DNA of 64,000 bases from Clostridia bacterium (GTDB lineage: Bacteria; Bacillota; Clostridia; Christensenellales; Borkfalkiaceae): the NCBI GenBank assembly GCA_017471945.1, contig JAFURH010000037.1, forward strand, positions 3,334-67,333, written 5' to 3'. Positions 38,220-49,052 of this stretch are shown here, piece by piece. The notes below the pieces were generated by a model, which saw nothing but the letters and a program-made list of their open reading frames with translations, was not told where the DNA came from and did no database searches. The position numbers and the translations under genes were made by a program. Each line of letters starts with the position of its first letter. Within the stretch, counting starts at the first letter, position 1.

Positions 38220-40064
38220 ATGCAAAGGATAGCCGAAAAGCAGTTTCCTTTAAACGACGAACGGATAAAGTACGTCGGCAGAGCGGATTTTATCAATTCG
38301 TTTATGCTGAAAGAACAGCTTTACGATAAAACGCTTTGGAAAATTTTCGTCGATCAATTTCGGGAGCGCAAGGACGGAGAAAAAGGTACTTGGCTCGGCG
38401 AGTTTTTCGGAAAAATGATGCGCGGGGCTTGTCTTACTTATCAATATACGCGCGATGAAAAGCTGTTGACGATCTTAGAAAACGCGGTGGAGGATTTTTT
38501 GACGACGCAGGACGAACTCGGTCGATTCTCTACGTATACGACGGAAAAGGAATTTACCGGTTGGGATATGTGGGGCAGAAAATACGCAATGCTCGGTTTG
38601 GAGTATTTTTATGAGATCAGCGATAACGAGGGGTTGAAGAAACGTATCGTAACCGCGCTTGAAAAGCACGCGGATTATATCGTCGAGAACGTAGGAGAGG
38701 GGAAAAAGCACCCGATCGCCTACGCCGTCAGCTTCTGGCAACACGCGGGCTTGCCGTCCTGCTCGATCTTAGAACCTTTCGTCAAGCTGTATAAGCTTAC
38801 GGGAAAACAAGCGTATTTAAAATACGCGGAAGCGATCGTCAAGACGGGCTTTACCAACAATGAAGACGATTTGGTGGAGATCTTCTATAAAAAGCAAAAA
38901 CGTATTCCCGAACTTATTTCGAAAAAGGGCTACGAGATGATGAGCTGTTTTCAGGGCTTGCTTGAATATTACGAGGTTGTCGGCGAGGAAAAGTATTTGA
39001 CGGCGCTTTGCAATTTCGTTGATGCGGTCGTGGAAACGGAACTTACGGAAATCGGGGGCTTGGGTACGGATTACGAATTTTTTGACGATTCGGTTAAAAA
39101 TCAGATTTATTATAAAGATAAGCCGATGCTGGAAACCTGCGTAACGGTAACGTTTATGAATCTTTGCTACCGAATGTTGCAATTCACGGGGGATAGCCGT
39201 TTTGCTGACTACATAGAGAGATCTGCGTATAACGCGATGTTCGGCGCAGTCAATACGGAGAAAAATCAAACGTCGTTCAAATGGAACGAAGGCGGTCCTC
39301 AATTGATCGAAACGCACTATTTTCTGCCTATCGACAGTTATAGCCCTTTGGCGCGACAGCGTCGCGCCGTAGACGTGGGCGGTTGTTTGACCCTTCGCGA
39401 GGACGGAATGAAATACGGGTGTTGCACTTGTATTTCTTCTGCGGGTACGGCGATCTCAGCGCTATACGGCATAATGAAAACAGAAAACGGTTACGTGATC
39501 AACGGATACGAGGAAGGACACGCAAAGCTGTTTTCTCCGTCAGGAATGGCGTTTGATTTGAAGATCGCAGGTAAACCCTTTGAAAACGACGAAGCGATAA
39601 AGATAAGCCTTTCTATGCAAGAAAAAGAAGACTTGCGTTTCTTGCTCCGTATTCCCAAATGGTCGAAAAAGACGACGGTTCGGTGCAAGGGAAAACAGTA
39701 TACCCCCAAGGCGGGCGGATATTTGGAAATTTGCGAATCGTTTGAGGACGGCGACGAGATTGAGGTGATAACGGATACGAAGATCTACGCGATCTGTCAA
39801 GGAAACAAGGTTCTCTTAAAAAAATGCGCGTACGTGTTGGCGCGGGACGAACGTTATGAGGACGGCTTTGACGAAGCGGTGCAAATCCCGATTCTCGAAG
39901 GCGGTAGAGTCAACGGCCGTAAAGCGTGCGTTGGAAAATTCAATGCCTTAGCGGAATTTTCCGTGCCTTTGGAAAACGGAAAAAGTATCTTGCTATGCGA
40001 TTACTCTTCGGCAGGGAAAAAATGGGACAAAGGCGTAAATTTACGGGTATCCGTTTGGCTTTGA
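38220..40064 (+). CDS. GH127/DUF1680-like (beta-L-arabinofuranosidase family) protein
   Basis: LETCVTVTFMNLCYRMLQFTGDSRFADYIERSAYNAMFG resembles the E-x-C metal-site block of the family. A downstream CC pair is present (KYGCCTC). AGGAGGAG ribosome-binding site. Confidence 0.6.
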   Translation: MQRIAEKQFPLNDERIKYVGRADFINSFMLKEQLYDKTLWKIFVDQFRERKDGEKGTWLGEFFGKMMRGACLTYQYTRDEKLLTILENAVEDFLTTQDELGRFSTYTTEKEFTGWDMWGRKYAMLGLEYFYEISDNEGLKKRIVTALEKHADYIVENVGEGKKHPIAYAVSFWQHAGLPSCSILEPFVKLYKLTGKQAYLKYAEAIVKTGFTNNEDDLVEIFYKKQKRIPELISKKGYEMMSCFQGLLEYYEVVGEEKYLTALCNFVDAVVETELTEIGGLGTDYEFFDDSVKNQIYYKDKPMLETCVTVTFMNLCYRMLQFTGDSRFADYIERSAYNAMFGAVNTEKNQTSFKWNEGGPQLIETHYFLPIDSYSPLARQRRAVDVGGCLTLREDGMKYGCCTCISSAGTAISALYGIMKTENGYVINGYEEGHAKLFSPSGMAFDLKIAGKPFENDEAIKISLSMQEKEDLRFLLRIPKWSKKTTVRCKGKQYTPKAGGYLEICESFEDGDEIEVITDTKIYAICQGNKVLLKKCAYVLARDERYEDGFDEAVQIPILEGGRVNGRKACVGKFNALAEFSVPLENGKSILLCDYSSAGKKWDKGVNLRVSVWL

Positions 40065-40132
40065 GAGTTCCGTTGAAAGTATTTAGGATTTATAAAAATA
40101 AAGAAAAAATATATTTATAAGGAGAAATTGTT

Positions 40133-41884
40133 ATGAAAAAAACAAATAAGATCTTGGCGGCGTTGCTGTCTTTAACGATGGGATTGGGATTCGTAGGTTG
40201 CGGATCCGGTAACGATGCCAGCGGAAAAACGACGATTAAAGTCGTTGCTTACGAGGGCGGTTACGGTTATAATTGGGTAAAAGAGTCTGCAAAACGTTTC
40301 GAGGCTCTGAATGCGACCACTTCTTTTGAAAAAGGGAAAACAGGCGTATACGTCGATATTAAGATTACGAAGGATACGGACGTAGAAACGATGAGCTCGT
40401 CCGCCGAGGATATATATTTTACCAACGGCAACGCAACTCCTCGAGATTATTCGCAGAAAGGCTGGTTGGTGGATATCAATGATATCGTCACGGAAAAGAT
40501 CGATACTCGCGACGGCGTAGAATATTCCATTGCGGATAAAATCGACGAGGACTACCGCGTGATTTTGCAAAATCGCGGGGACGGACATTATTACGGATTG
40601 CCTTATGCGGATTATTATAGCGGCTTAACTTATGACGAGGAAGCGTTTACGGCGAAAAAGCTGTATTTCGCCGCCCCCGACGCAACGAGCAAAGCTGCTT
40701 ATAACAGTCCTTACGGTACGGCGGATTTTTTAACGGCGGAAAACGAAACTTCGAGAAAAAGCTGTGGTATTGACGGGAAATACGGTACGGCGGACGACGG
40801 TTTGCCTACTTCTTTGCAGGAACTTATGATCCTTTGCGCAAAGATCAAGCAAAGCGGTTACGTTCCGTTCGCATTCCCTGGCGGACACGCAAACTATACC
40901 AGTCTATTCTTTGAGGGCTTATGGGCGTCGCTTGCGGGATATGAAAAAATCAGATCGGGCTATGACTTTACGGGTACCGTAGACGTTGTCGAAGGCTATG
41001 AAGACGAGCCTTTGTTCTCCGGTATCAACTATATCAGAAAACCGAAAATCAAAACGGAGACCGTCAGTGAGGCGGAAGGATATTATTCGACGCAAACGGT
41101 AGAGAGATATTACGCTTTGTCTTTTATACAGATCTGTCAGAAGGAGGGCTGGTTTGCACAGCTTACGAACGATACGAACGTTAGCCACACTGCAACGATG
41201 GGACGCTTCCTTACAAACGGTCTTACAAGTCAGGAAAAAGTCGCTATGCTGATCGAAGGTAGCTATTGGTATAATGAAGCAAGCGACTACGGCGAAGTTA
41301 AAAAATATCAGGTTCTGAAAGAAAAGCAAACGGGAGAAAAGAAAGCTGAAAGAAAGGTTGCTTGGATGCCTTTGCCCGTATCCGTCAACGAAACGGTTGA
41401 AGAAAGAACGGATGGCGGAAGAAACAGATACACTTTCACGCAATCGGGCAGTTCCTTTGCATTCATTAACGCAAGAACAAAAAATAAAGGAGGCGTTCTC
41501 GACGCGTGTAAAGCATTCTTGCAGTTTACTTATACCGACGAGGAATTGAGCAAGCGCGTGGGTATGCACGGCGTCTACTGCACGGCGCTCAGCCACTCCG
41601 TAGCGGAAGAGGACAGCAACAAGTTGAACTATTTCCAAAGAAGCGTATTCGAAGCGGCTGAAAATGCAGATCTCGTGTTGCCTTCGGCGAGCAACGAAAC
41701 CTTTTTGACTGCGCGTACGACGTTATCTATCGGCGGAAAGCGGTACTTGCAACCGATCGATACGGACGGTAGAGAATATACCACGATCATTTCTGCTATT
41801 AGATCGGGTGGCTTAACGGCGGAAGAAATTATGAACGTAACGATGGTAAAAGCAGCCGATTGGGGCGCTTACTATCAAGGTTGA
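40133..41884 (+). CDS. Large ABC-transporter solute-binding lipoprotein (LplA-like)
   Basis: Lipobox GFVGC. 583 aa. Placed immediately upstream of two sugar-type permeases. Confidence 0.75.
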   Translation: MKKTNKILAALLSLTMGLGFVGCGSGNDASGKTTIKVVAYEGGYGYNWVKESAKRFEALNATTSFEKGKTGVYVDIKITKDTDVETMSSSAEDIYFTNGNATPRDYSQKGWLVDINDIVTEKIDTRDGVEYSIADKIDEDYRVILQNRGDGHYYGLPYADYYSGLTYDEEAFTAKKLYFAAPDATSKAAYNSPYGTADFLTAENETSRKSCGIDGKYGTADDGLPTSLQELMILCAKIKQSGYVPFAFPGGHANYTSLFFEGLWASLAGYEKIRSGYDFTGTVDVVEGYEDEPLFSGINYIRKPKIKTETVSEAEGYYSTQTVERYYALSFIQICQKEGWFAQLTNDTNVSHTATMGRFLTNGLTSQEKVAMLIEGSYWYNEASDYGEVKKYQVLKEKQTGEKKAERKVAWMPLPVSVNETVEERTDGGRNRYTFTQSGSSFAFINARTKNKGGVLDACKAFLQFTYTDEELSKRVGMHGVYCTALSHSVAEEDSNKLNYFQRSVFEAAENADLVLPSASNETFLTARTTLSIGGKRYLQPIDTDGREYTTIISAIRSGGLTAEEIMNVTMVKAADWGAYYQG

Positions 41885-41895
41885 GGATAAAGATT

Positions 41896-42822
41896 ATGGC
41901 TGAAAAAAGAAATCGTTTGCATCATCGCAGAGATAGGTCGAAAAAGATTTTCTTTGCGATTATGGTGGCATTGCCGCTTTTGCAATTTGCTGTGATGTAC
42001 GTAGGGGTAAACGCCAATTCGTTCATTATGGCGTTTCAACACTACGAGAACGCGGCTTCCGGTAAAGGTTTTGATATTACCTTTGCGGGTATTGACAATT
42101 TCCAAGAGGCGTGGACGCTACTTAGTGAAAAAAGCTATATGCTGGAAATTTCGCTCACCGGTTTTTTGGTGACGATGTTTATATCTTATCCTTTAGCGTT
42201 GATTTTTTCTTTCTATATTTATAAGAAATATCCGTTCAGTGGCTTTTTTAAAACGGTTTTGTTTTTACCGCAAATCATTTCCAGCTTGATTTTCAGTACT
42301 CTGTTTAAATATATGGTGGGTACCGTATACACAGAGCTTACGGGAGCTGCGATGGGTTTTTTGAGTGATCCGGACACGACGTTCGGCACCGTATTGTTTT
42401 TCAACGTATGGGTATCCTTCGGTATCAACGTACTGATGTTCAGCAACGCGATGGGAAACATTGACGAGTCCGTTGTGGAATCGGCGCAGTTGGACGGTGT
42501 GAATATCATACAGGAATTTTTTCATATCACGATTCCCAGCGCTTGGCCGACGGTTGTATCTTGTACGATCATTACCGTTGCGGGAATTTTCACCAACCAA
42601 ATGTATCTTTACGATTTGTTTGGCGACGGTGGTAAATTCGAAATTGCTTCTATCGGATATTTCTTGTATCAGAAAGCGAGTATTGCGGATATGGTAAAAA
42701 CGCCGACAGAGCCTTCTATGGGTATTTTATCGGCGCTCGGGTTAATTTTTACCTTTATACTCGTGCCTACTTCAATGCTTCTTAAAAAATTGTTGACGAA
42801 GCTCGGACCGAGCGTAGACTGA
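41896..42822 (+). CDS. ABC sugar transporter permease (LplB/MalF-like)
   Basis: GAGGA sits 7 nt before ATG 41896; the track start is 41860. Multi-TM protein with an EAA-like loop (ESAQLDGVNIIQEFFHITIP). Confidence 0.8.
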   Translation: MAEKRNRLHHRRDRSKKIFFAIMVALPLLQFAVMYVGVNANSFIMAFQHYENAASGKGFDITFAGIDNFQEAWTLLSEKSYMLEISLTGFLVTMFISYPLALIFSFYIYKKYPFSGFFKTVLFLPQIISSLIFSTLFKYMVGTVYTELTGAAMGFLSDPDTTFGTVLFFNVWVSFGINVLMFSNAMGNIDESVVESAQLDGVNIIQEFFHITIPSAWPTVVSCTIITVAGIFTNQMYLYDLFGDGGKFEIASIGYFLYQKASIADMVKTPTEPSMGILSALGLIFTFILVPTSMLLKKLLTKLGPSVD

Positions 42823-42834
42823 TGAGGTGAAACG

Positions 42835-43776
42835 ATGAAAAAGAGTAAAAACAAATTAAATAAAGTAGTGGTCATCGCTTTATTCGTCATTTTGGTTGTT
42901 TATGCGATCTCGATGTTGTTTCCTTTACTGTGGGGATTCTTGACTTCTTTGAAATCTTCCTTGGATTTCGATACGTTACGCAACGTGCTCGGTTTTCCCG
43001 ATATGGAATACAGTAACGACACGTTTTTCAAGCTGTCTAACTATACCTCTATGTTCAAAGACATCAATTTATCCAGATCGGTGAGCTTTTTCGCGGGAAA
43101 CGAAGAGATTATACATAATAGTGAAAACACGGTTTGGACAATGCTGTTCAACTCTCTGTTCTATGCTCTGGGGGGCTCGTTGGTTAGCGCTTTCGTTACG
43201 ATGTGTATGGCGTATCTTTGCGCAAAGTACAAAGTAAAAGCGGCAAAATGGATCTACGGTATGGTAATCGTTACGATGACGATTCCGACCGTCGGATCGT
43301 ATCCTTCAACGATTACCTTGCTTCGTTCGTTAAACTTATACGATTCTTGGCTTGGATATTTCTTTCAAAAATTCCATTTCGGCGGTATGTATTTCTTGTT
43401 GTTTTATGCGTTTTACGAAACGTTATCGGACGCTTATTGCGAAGCGGCGGAAATCGACGGGGCGTCACAGCTTCGGATTATGTTCTCAGTGATCATTCCT
43501 TTGTCGATGACGATATTTTCTACGGTTACGTTGATCGTTTTCGTTCAGCTTTGGAATGATTATCAAACGCCGTTGCTGTATATGCCTACCAAACCGACGT
43601 TGGCGTTCGGGATCCATTACTTTACGAACAAAACCGTTTCAGGCGGCTTTGCCGAAAGAGGCGAGCCGGGAAAAATTGCGCTTTGTATGTTGTTGGCTAT
43701 TCCCGTTTTAATTTTGTTTATTGCTTTGAAAGACAAGATTATGGGAAATATAACTATTGGCGGTATAAAGGGGTAA
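42835..43776 (+). CDS. ABC sugar transporter permease (LplC/MalG-like)
   Basis: Multi-TM protein with EAA loop EAAEIDGASQLRIMFSVIIP. GAGGTGA ribosome-binding site. Confidence 0.8.
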   Translation: MKKSKNKLNKVVVIALFVILVVYAISMLFPLLWGFLTSLKSSLDFDTLRNVLGFPDMEYSNDTFFKLSNYTSMFKDINLSRSVSFFAGNEEIIHNSENTVWTMLFNSLFYALGGSLVSAFVTMCMAYLCAKYKVKAAKWIYGMVIVTMTIPTVGSYPSTITLLRSLNLYDSWLGYFFQKFHFGGMYFLLFYAFYETLSDAYCEAAEIDGASQLRIMFSVIIPLSMTIFSTVTLIVFVQLWNDYQTPLLYMPTKPTLAFGIHYFTNKTVSGGFAERGEPGKIALCMLLAIPVLILFIALKDKIMGNITIGGIKG

Positions 43777-43783
43777 AGCATAA

Positions 43784-46700
43784 ATGAAATTCGAAAAACG
43801 TAAATTAAAAATCTTAGGCGCGCTCTTTTGCTGTGCCGTATGCTCTGCGCTGTTCGGCTTGGCATCGGTAAACAGTCAACCGTTGCCTCAGGCTTCTGCA
43901 CAACTCGTATATTCCGATCAGAACGGATTGAAAGAGGTTTATTTTAAAAACGAGGTGATCAATATTCCGCAGGCGCAGATCGCCGTGGACGGGAATAATT
44001 ATTCCGCAACGGAATATACTTTGATCTATCCCGACGGACGAGCATATATAGGAGAAACTCATACGCTAGATATCATCGGTAAGTATAATTTGGTGTATTA
44101 CGCGACTGTTGAGGGAAAAAATCTTTCGGCAAACACAGAATTTACCGTAGTGCAAGAAGCGTTGGAGGTCGGCAACGGCTCGTCTTATGAAATGATAGAC
44201 GATTTGACGAAAAAATCGGGCGAAGACGAGGGCGGTTTGTCCGTATCGTTGTCCGAGGGGACGTCTTTTACTTATAATCAATCTATCGATATCACGAACA
44301 GCGATTTGCAAACGCCTATCATCGAGTTATATCCCTATCATAAAAATTCCGTTCTCGAATGGGTGAAAGACGAAAATGGGAAGGACGTAAGAGTGATTGC
44401 GGAAGAAGCGATTGCGCAAACGCGAGCGATCACCGTGAGAATTACCGATTGCTACGATTCGAATAATTATATCGATATCCAGATCGATTGGAGCTTGAAC
44501 AGTCCCGGAGATCCGATTTTGGGAACAAGACGGGAGGCTACCTGTATGGCAGGCGCAAGCGGACAGGATAAAACGGCGTTGATCGCAAATCCGAACCTGA
44601 GCCAAAACAAATGGTACGCCAATAAAGAAGTAGACGGCGAGCCGTATCTTCTCGTTATGTCGGGGAATTATGGCAAAAGCTGTAATTACAGTGAAAGTAC
44701 GGGCATTTCTTTTTACTATGAAAATGCAACGAAAAGGATCTACGTGCAAGATGAGAAAAAATATCTTCTCGCAGATTTAGACGACCCGAATTTATATTTC
44801 ACAGCGCCCCTTCTTCATAACAATCTGGAATATGTCACGGGCGAGCCGTTTAAAGGCTTTACCACGGGTGAGGTGTACGTGTCGGTGTTTGGCACGGAAT
44901 ATTACGGAAATACATTACAATTCGAGATTGGATCAATCTACGGCGTGAAAGGGCAAGCTCTTGGTGAAAAAGAGGTCAAGGATAACGTTGCGCCTATCAT
45001 AGAGGTAGACGTAGACGCAGACAAAACGGAACGAATTTACGTTGCAAAGGGAGAACCTTTTGAAACCTTTCCCGCAATGGCAAACGACCTGCACGGTATC
45101 GGCGAATTGAAAACTACCGTTTGGATCAATTACGGAACGGACAGACAGGCTCTTATAGGCTTACGGGACGGACGATTTACTCCGTTGTTATCGGGAACGT
45201 ATACCATAGAATACAAAGCGGTCGATCGTTTTGGAAACCAAACGGTGAAAACGATCGACGTGACGGCGATCAATGCGGAAAGTGGCAAGGCGATCGATTT
45301 TGCGTTGGAATCGGACGCGGAATTGGCGGCAGGCGAAAACCATTCTCTTTCGTATACGGTAAGCGGTTTAAACGGTGAGATCGACGTACAGGCGTGGGCG
45401 ACTCTGCCCGACGGCAGTACCCGTAAGCTTTCGATCGAAAACGGCGCGGCGGAGTTTTTCCCCGAAAGCGTAGGCAAGTATGCGTTGACGTTCGTATGCA
45501 GCGACGGTATTATGGAAAAAACGTTTTCTTATGAAATAACCACTTGCGAATCCGAAAACGTATCTTTGACAGAACCCGTTTTGCCGGAATATTTGATTAA
45601 AGGAATGACGTATACCTTTGATTATAACGAAATTTTGTATTACGACGGGGTGACGGCTTCCAAAAAGCCTATCGTATACGCGTCGGAAGATGGAAAAGAA
45701 GGGGTACGAATCGACTACGAGGAATATACGGTCGGCGCGACGGAAAAGGTTCAATTTATTTACAAGGACGGCGACACGGAAATAGGTAGAAGTCGGGAAA
45801 TCGAAGTCGTAGACGTAGACTTTGGCGGATCGTTATCTTTGGATAAGTATTTCGTCGGCGATTTTACGGCGACGAAAACGGCGAGCGATATCGCTTTCAC
45901 TTCGAACGTCCAAACGGGAAATAACCGACTTGCGTTCATCAATACGATATCGTTGAATAATTTCTATTTTTCTTTTACCATTCCGCTCGGAGGCTACTTA
46001 TACGAAGGGTTGGAGATTACGCTAATAGATTATTATAACAGAGATGCGTTCTATACTTATTCGTTCTCCAAATCAGAGAATAATACGCGGGTTTCGGTGT
46101 ACGATCAAGACGGAGCAGTAGGGTCGGCGACGGTAGCGAAGGGAATAGAAACCGGTGTTTTTGATTTGCAATACAGCTCTACGGTGGGAATGTCGATCGG
46201 CGGAACAGGCGAAAAACTCGGGAAAATCTCTTTCTCGTCGGATAGAGTTCTTATGCATATTGCGATGAAAGGGCTTACGGGGAACGGCGTCGTGACGGTT
46301 AGACAGATCAACAATCAACCTTTTTCCGACGTTAGCTGGGACGCATACAATGCTTCGATCACGACGTATAGCGCGATAGGCGTTTTGGAAAAAGGGGAAT
46401 CGATTACGATTCTTCCCGCGACGGTTTCGGACGTGTTAAGTCCCTTCGTAAAATCCAATTTCGGATTTACGGTATCGAATGAAAAAGACGAGATTATGCA
46501 GTCCAAAGACGGCGTAATTTTAAACGCGCAATGCGACCCGACTCGTTCGTATGAAATCGAGTTAAAAGAATACGGCACGTATACCTTGCGTTATAGCTAT
46601 ACGGATCAAGCAGGGGAAGCAACCTACGAAACAATTCTTCTCAACGTCGTGGATAACGTAGCGCCTACGCTTACGTTGCAGGAAGGATACGGGGAGAATA

Positions 46701-46942
46701 TGCTGGTACGGGCGAAAGCGGGTAGACAACTCAAACTGGCGACTTATAAAGTTTCCGACAACGAAACGGCAACCGAAGAGATCAGCGTGAAGATCGTTAT
46801 CGTTACGCCGAGAAACGAAGTTGTCTTAGCGGATTCTACGAATCTTGCGTTGAAGTTGAAAGGAGAATATAAAGTCTACTATTATTGTATGGACGAACAG
46901 GGTAACTATACTGCGCGTTACTATACCGTGATCGCGGAATAA
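43784..46942 (+). CDS. Secreted Ig-like-repeat protein; paralog of 723..3857
   Basis: Has a signal peptide. Collinear similarity to 723..3857, including DNVAPIIEVDVD and DNVAPTLTLQEG module starts. Confidence 0.8.
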   Translation: MKFEKRKLKILGALFCCAVCSALFGLASVNSQPLPQASAQLVYSDQNGLKEVYFKNEVINIPQAQIAVDGNNYSATEYTLIYPDGRAYIGETHTLDIIGKYNLVYYATVEGKNLSANTEFTVVQEALEVGNGSSYEMIDDLTKKSGEDEGGLSVSLSEGTSFTYNQSIDITNSDLQTPIIELYPYHKNSVLEWVKDENGKDVRVIAEEAIAQTRAITVRITDCYDSNNYIDIQIDWSLNSPGDPILGTRREATCMAGASGQDKTALIANPNLSQNKWYANKEVDGEPYLLVMSGNYGKSCNYSESTGISFYYENATKRIYVQDEKKYLLADLDDPNLYFTAPLLHNNLEYVTGEPFKGFTTGEVYVSVFGTEYYGNTLQFEIGSIYGVKGQALGEKEVKDNVAPIIEVDVDADKTERIYVAKGEPFETFPAMANDLHGIGELKTTVWINYGTDRQALIGLRDGRFTPLLSGTYTIEYKAVDRFGNQTVKTIDVTAINAESGKAIDFALESDAELAAGENHSLSYTVSGLNGEIDVQAWATLPDGSTRKLSIENGAAEFFPESVGKYALTFVCSDGIMEKTFSYEITTCESENVSLTEPVLPEYLIKGMTYTFDYNEILYYDGVTASKKPIVYASEDGKEGVRIDYEEYTVGATEKVQFIYKDGDTEIGRSREIEVVDVDFGGSLSLDKYFVGDFTATKTASDIAFTSNVQTGNNRLAFINTISLNNFYFSFTIPLGGYLYEGLEITLIDYYNRDAFYTYSFSKSENNTRVSVYDQDGAVGSATVAKGIETGVFDLQYSSTVGMSIGGTGEKLGKISFSSDRVLMHIAMKGLTGNGVVTVRQINNQPFSDVSWDAYNASITTYSAIGVLEKGESITILPATVSDVLSPFVKSNFGFTVSNEKDEIMQSKDGVILNAQCDPTRSYEIELKEYGTYTLRYSYTDQAGEATYETILLNVVDNVAPTLTLQEGYGENMLVRAKAGRQLKLATYKVSDNETATEEISVKIVIVTPRNEVVLADSTNLALKLKGEYKVYYYCMDEQGNYTARYYTVIAE

Positions 46943-46960
46943 AGTGGAGGAGAAACGGAA

Positions 46961-49027
46961 ATGAAAAATTTCAATAAGAAAAAAATGATAAAAGTCGCCG
47001 CTGTTTTGCTTGCGATACTTAACGCTTCCGCTTTTGCAATAGGTTGTGACGGTTGTACTGCCAACACTGACCGGAACGGCGTTTCAGTCGAAGAACGGGT
47101 TGCGTGGAAGGGCGTACACGATTACACGGCGATACCAACGCAAAAAGATTTTATCAAAAACGGCTCAACCGATTATATTTTGGTCGTTCCCGAGCAAACT
47201 TCCGATCTGATCGTTACCGCTAAGGACGAATTTATCGATTTATTTAAGTTAGCGACGGGAATCACGATTCGAGTTATGAAGGACAGCGGGTTGACGCACG
47301 ACGCGAACGCAAAGTATATATCGCTTGGCGAAACCACGCTTTTGCAAAGCTCGGGCGTTTCGGTAGATCGGAAAGCGTTGACAAAAGACGGAGTCCGTAT
47401 CAGAACCAAAGACAATACCGTTTATCTTGTCGGGGGTACGGATTACGGTACGGTAAACGCCGTATATACCTTTATGCAGGTTACTTTTCATTATGAATAT
47501 TATTATTCCACCTGTATTCAGATCGATAAAAACGTACAGAATTTAAAGCTTCTTGATTATGACGTTACCGACGTTCCCGATATGCAGGACCGTAACGGAG
47601 AATGGTTGGGGCAGCTGCGTGTTACTACTTCGGAATACCACTCGCAAATGGCGTATCGGTTTAAACTCGCAGGCGGCGGGGCAAAGGTTTTTGCTTTGCC
47701 GATATACGAGGACTTTACGCCGACCTCGGCGATCGGAACGACTGTACATACGACAAATTCTTTGCTTCCGAAGAAAACCTATCAAAAAGATCATTCCGAT
47801 TGGTATACCACGGTAACGACGGAGGGCGGCAATCAGCTTTGCTATACCGCTCGGGGAAACGAAACCGAATTCGAAGCTATGGCTCAGGAGATGGCGAAAA
47901 AGATCACCTATTCTTTGTCGTTAAACACTCCGGAGGCGTATCCGTATATCAATTATTGTATGATCGGTATGGAGGATACTTACGACACTTGCGCGTGTAG
48001 CAAGTGCACGGAATTGAAAGAATATTACGGCACGGAAAGCGGCGCGGTTTGTATCTTCGTCAATCGGGTAGGCGAGATTGTCGAAGAGTGGATGAACGAT
48101 CCTGCCAACGCTGCGTATTATCGGGAGGATTTTCACGTTAATTTCTTGGCGTATAACAACTTTATCGACGCCCCTGTAAAATACAACGAAAAGAAGGACG
48201 AATACGTCCCCATCGACGAAAAAGTGGATCTGCGCAGTAACGTAGGGGTGTACTATGCGGACATCAAGCAAGATTATCAATCTTCTCTGTTTGGCGAAGT
48301 AAACGAAAAGACGAGAAAAAATTTGCAGGGCTGGGCGGCGCTTACCGATCGATTGGATCATTACGTATACGCTATCAATTATAAGAACTATATGGTGCCT
48401 TACGACTGCTTCAATTATTATAATTCGGATATGTACCGCTATTATATGGATATCGGTTCGCGTATGTACTATATATGCGCTTACGGAGGATACGTCGAGC
48501 CGTTTGAAACGAACTGGGCGCGGCTGAGATTGTATTTGAACGCAAATCTGCTTTGGAATTGTAATGTTGACGAAGAAGACTTAATGGATAACTGGTTTAA
48601 CGCGATGTTCGGCGAAGCGTCGGACGTTATGCGGCTTATGTTTGACGAACAGCGCGCGCATATGGCGAAGATCTGTACCGAATACGATCTTTACGTTACG
48701 GACAGTATTTATCTGATACTGACGAAAACGCAATATTTCCCGAAGAATACGTTGCTTTCCTGGATGGATAAGTGCGATCAGGCGTTAAAGCTGGTGGAAA
48801 AATATAAGACTGTCGATCCTGAATATTACGCTGCGCTCCGCAATCATATCGAAGCGGAATATATTGCTCCCGCTTGGCTCTTGCTTTATTTGTATCAAGA
48901 GGAAATGCTCGCGCAGGAAAAATATGAGATCAGAGACAGGGTATTTGAAATTCTCGAACTGCTCGGGCTGGAAGATATGCAGGTCGGCAACAACGTAACG
49001 GTTAAAAATTCTTTGACGAATATTTGA
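46961..49027 (+). CDS. DUF4838-like lipoprotein; paralog of 3870..5981
   Basis: Lipobox FAIGC. YISLGETTLLQSSG...DGVRIRTKDNTVYLVGG...VNAVYTFMQVTF. Confidence 0.7.
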   Translation: MKNFNKKKMIKVAAVLLAILNASAFAIGCDGCTANTDRNGVSVEERVAWKGVHDYTAIPTQKDFIKNGSTDYILVVPEQTSDLIVTAKDEFIDLFKLATGITIRVMKDSGLTHDANAKYISLGETTLLQSSGVSVDRKALTKDGVRIRTKDNTVYLVGGTDYGTVNAVYTFMQVTFHYEYYYSTCIQIDKNVQNLKLLDYDVTDVPDMQDRNGEWLGQLRVTTSEYHSQMAYRFKLAGGGAKVFALPIYEDFTPTSAIGTTVHTTNSLLPKKTYQKDHSDWYTTVTTEGGNQLCYTARGNETEFEAMAQEMAKKITYSLSLNTPEAYPYINYCMIGMEDTYDTCACSKCTELKEYYGTESGAVCIFVNRVGEIVEEWMNDPANAAYYREDFHVNFLAYNNFIDAPVKYNEKKDEYVPIDEKVDLRSNVGVYYADIKQDYQSSLFGEVNEKTRKNLQGWAALTDRLDHYVYAINYKNYMVPYDCFNYYNSDMYRYYMDIGSRMYYICAYGGYVEPFETNWARLRLYLNANLLWNCNVDEEDLMDNWFNAMFGEASDVMRLMFDEQRAHMAKICTEYDLYVTDSIYLILTKTQYFPKNTLLSWMDKCDQALKLVEKYKTVDPEYYAALRNHIEAEYIAPAWLLLYLYQEEMLAQEKYEIRDRVFEILELLGLEDMQVGNNVTVKNSLTNI

Positions 49028-49052
49028 TTCGGTCAACGTAAAGGAGACGTTT

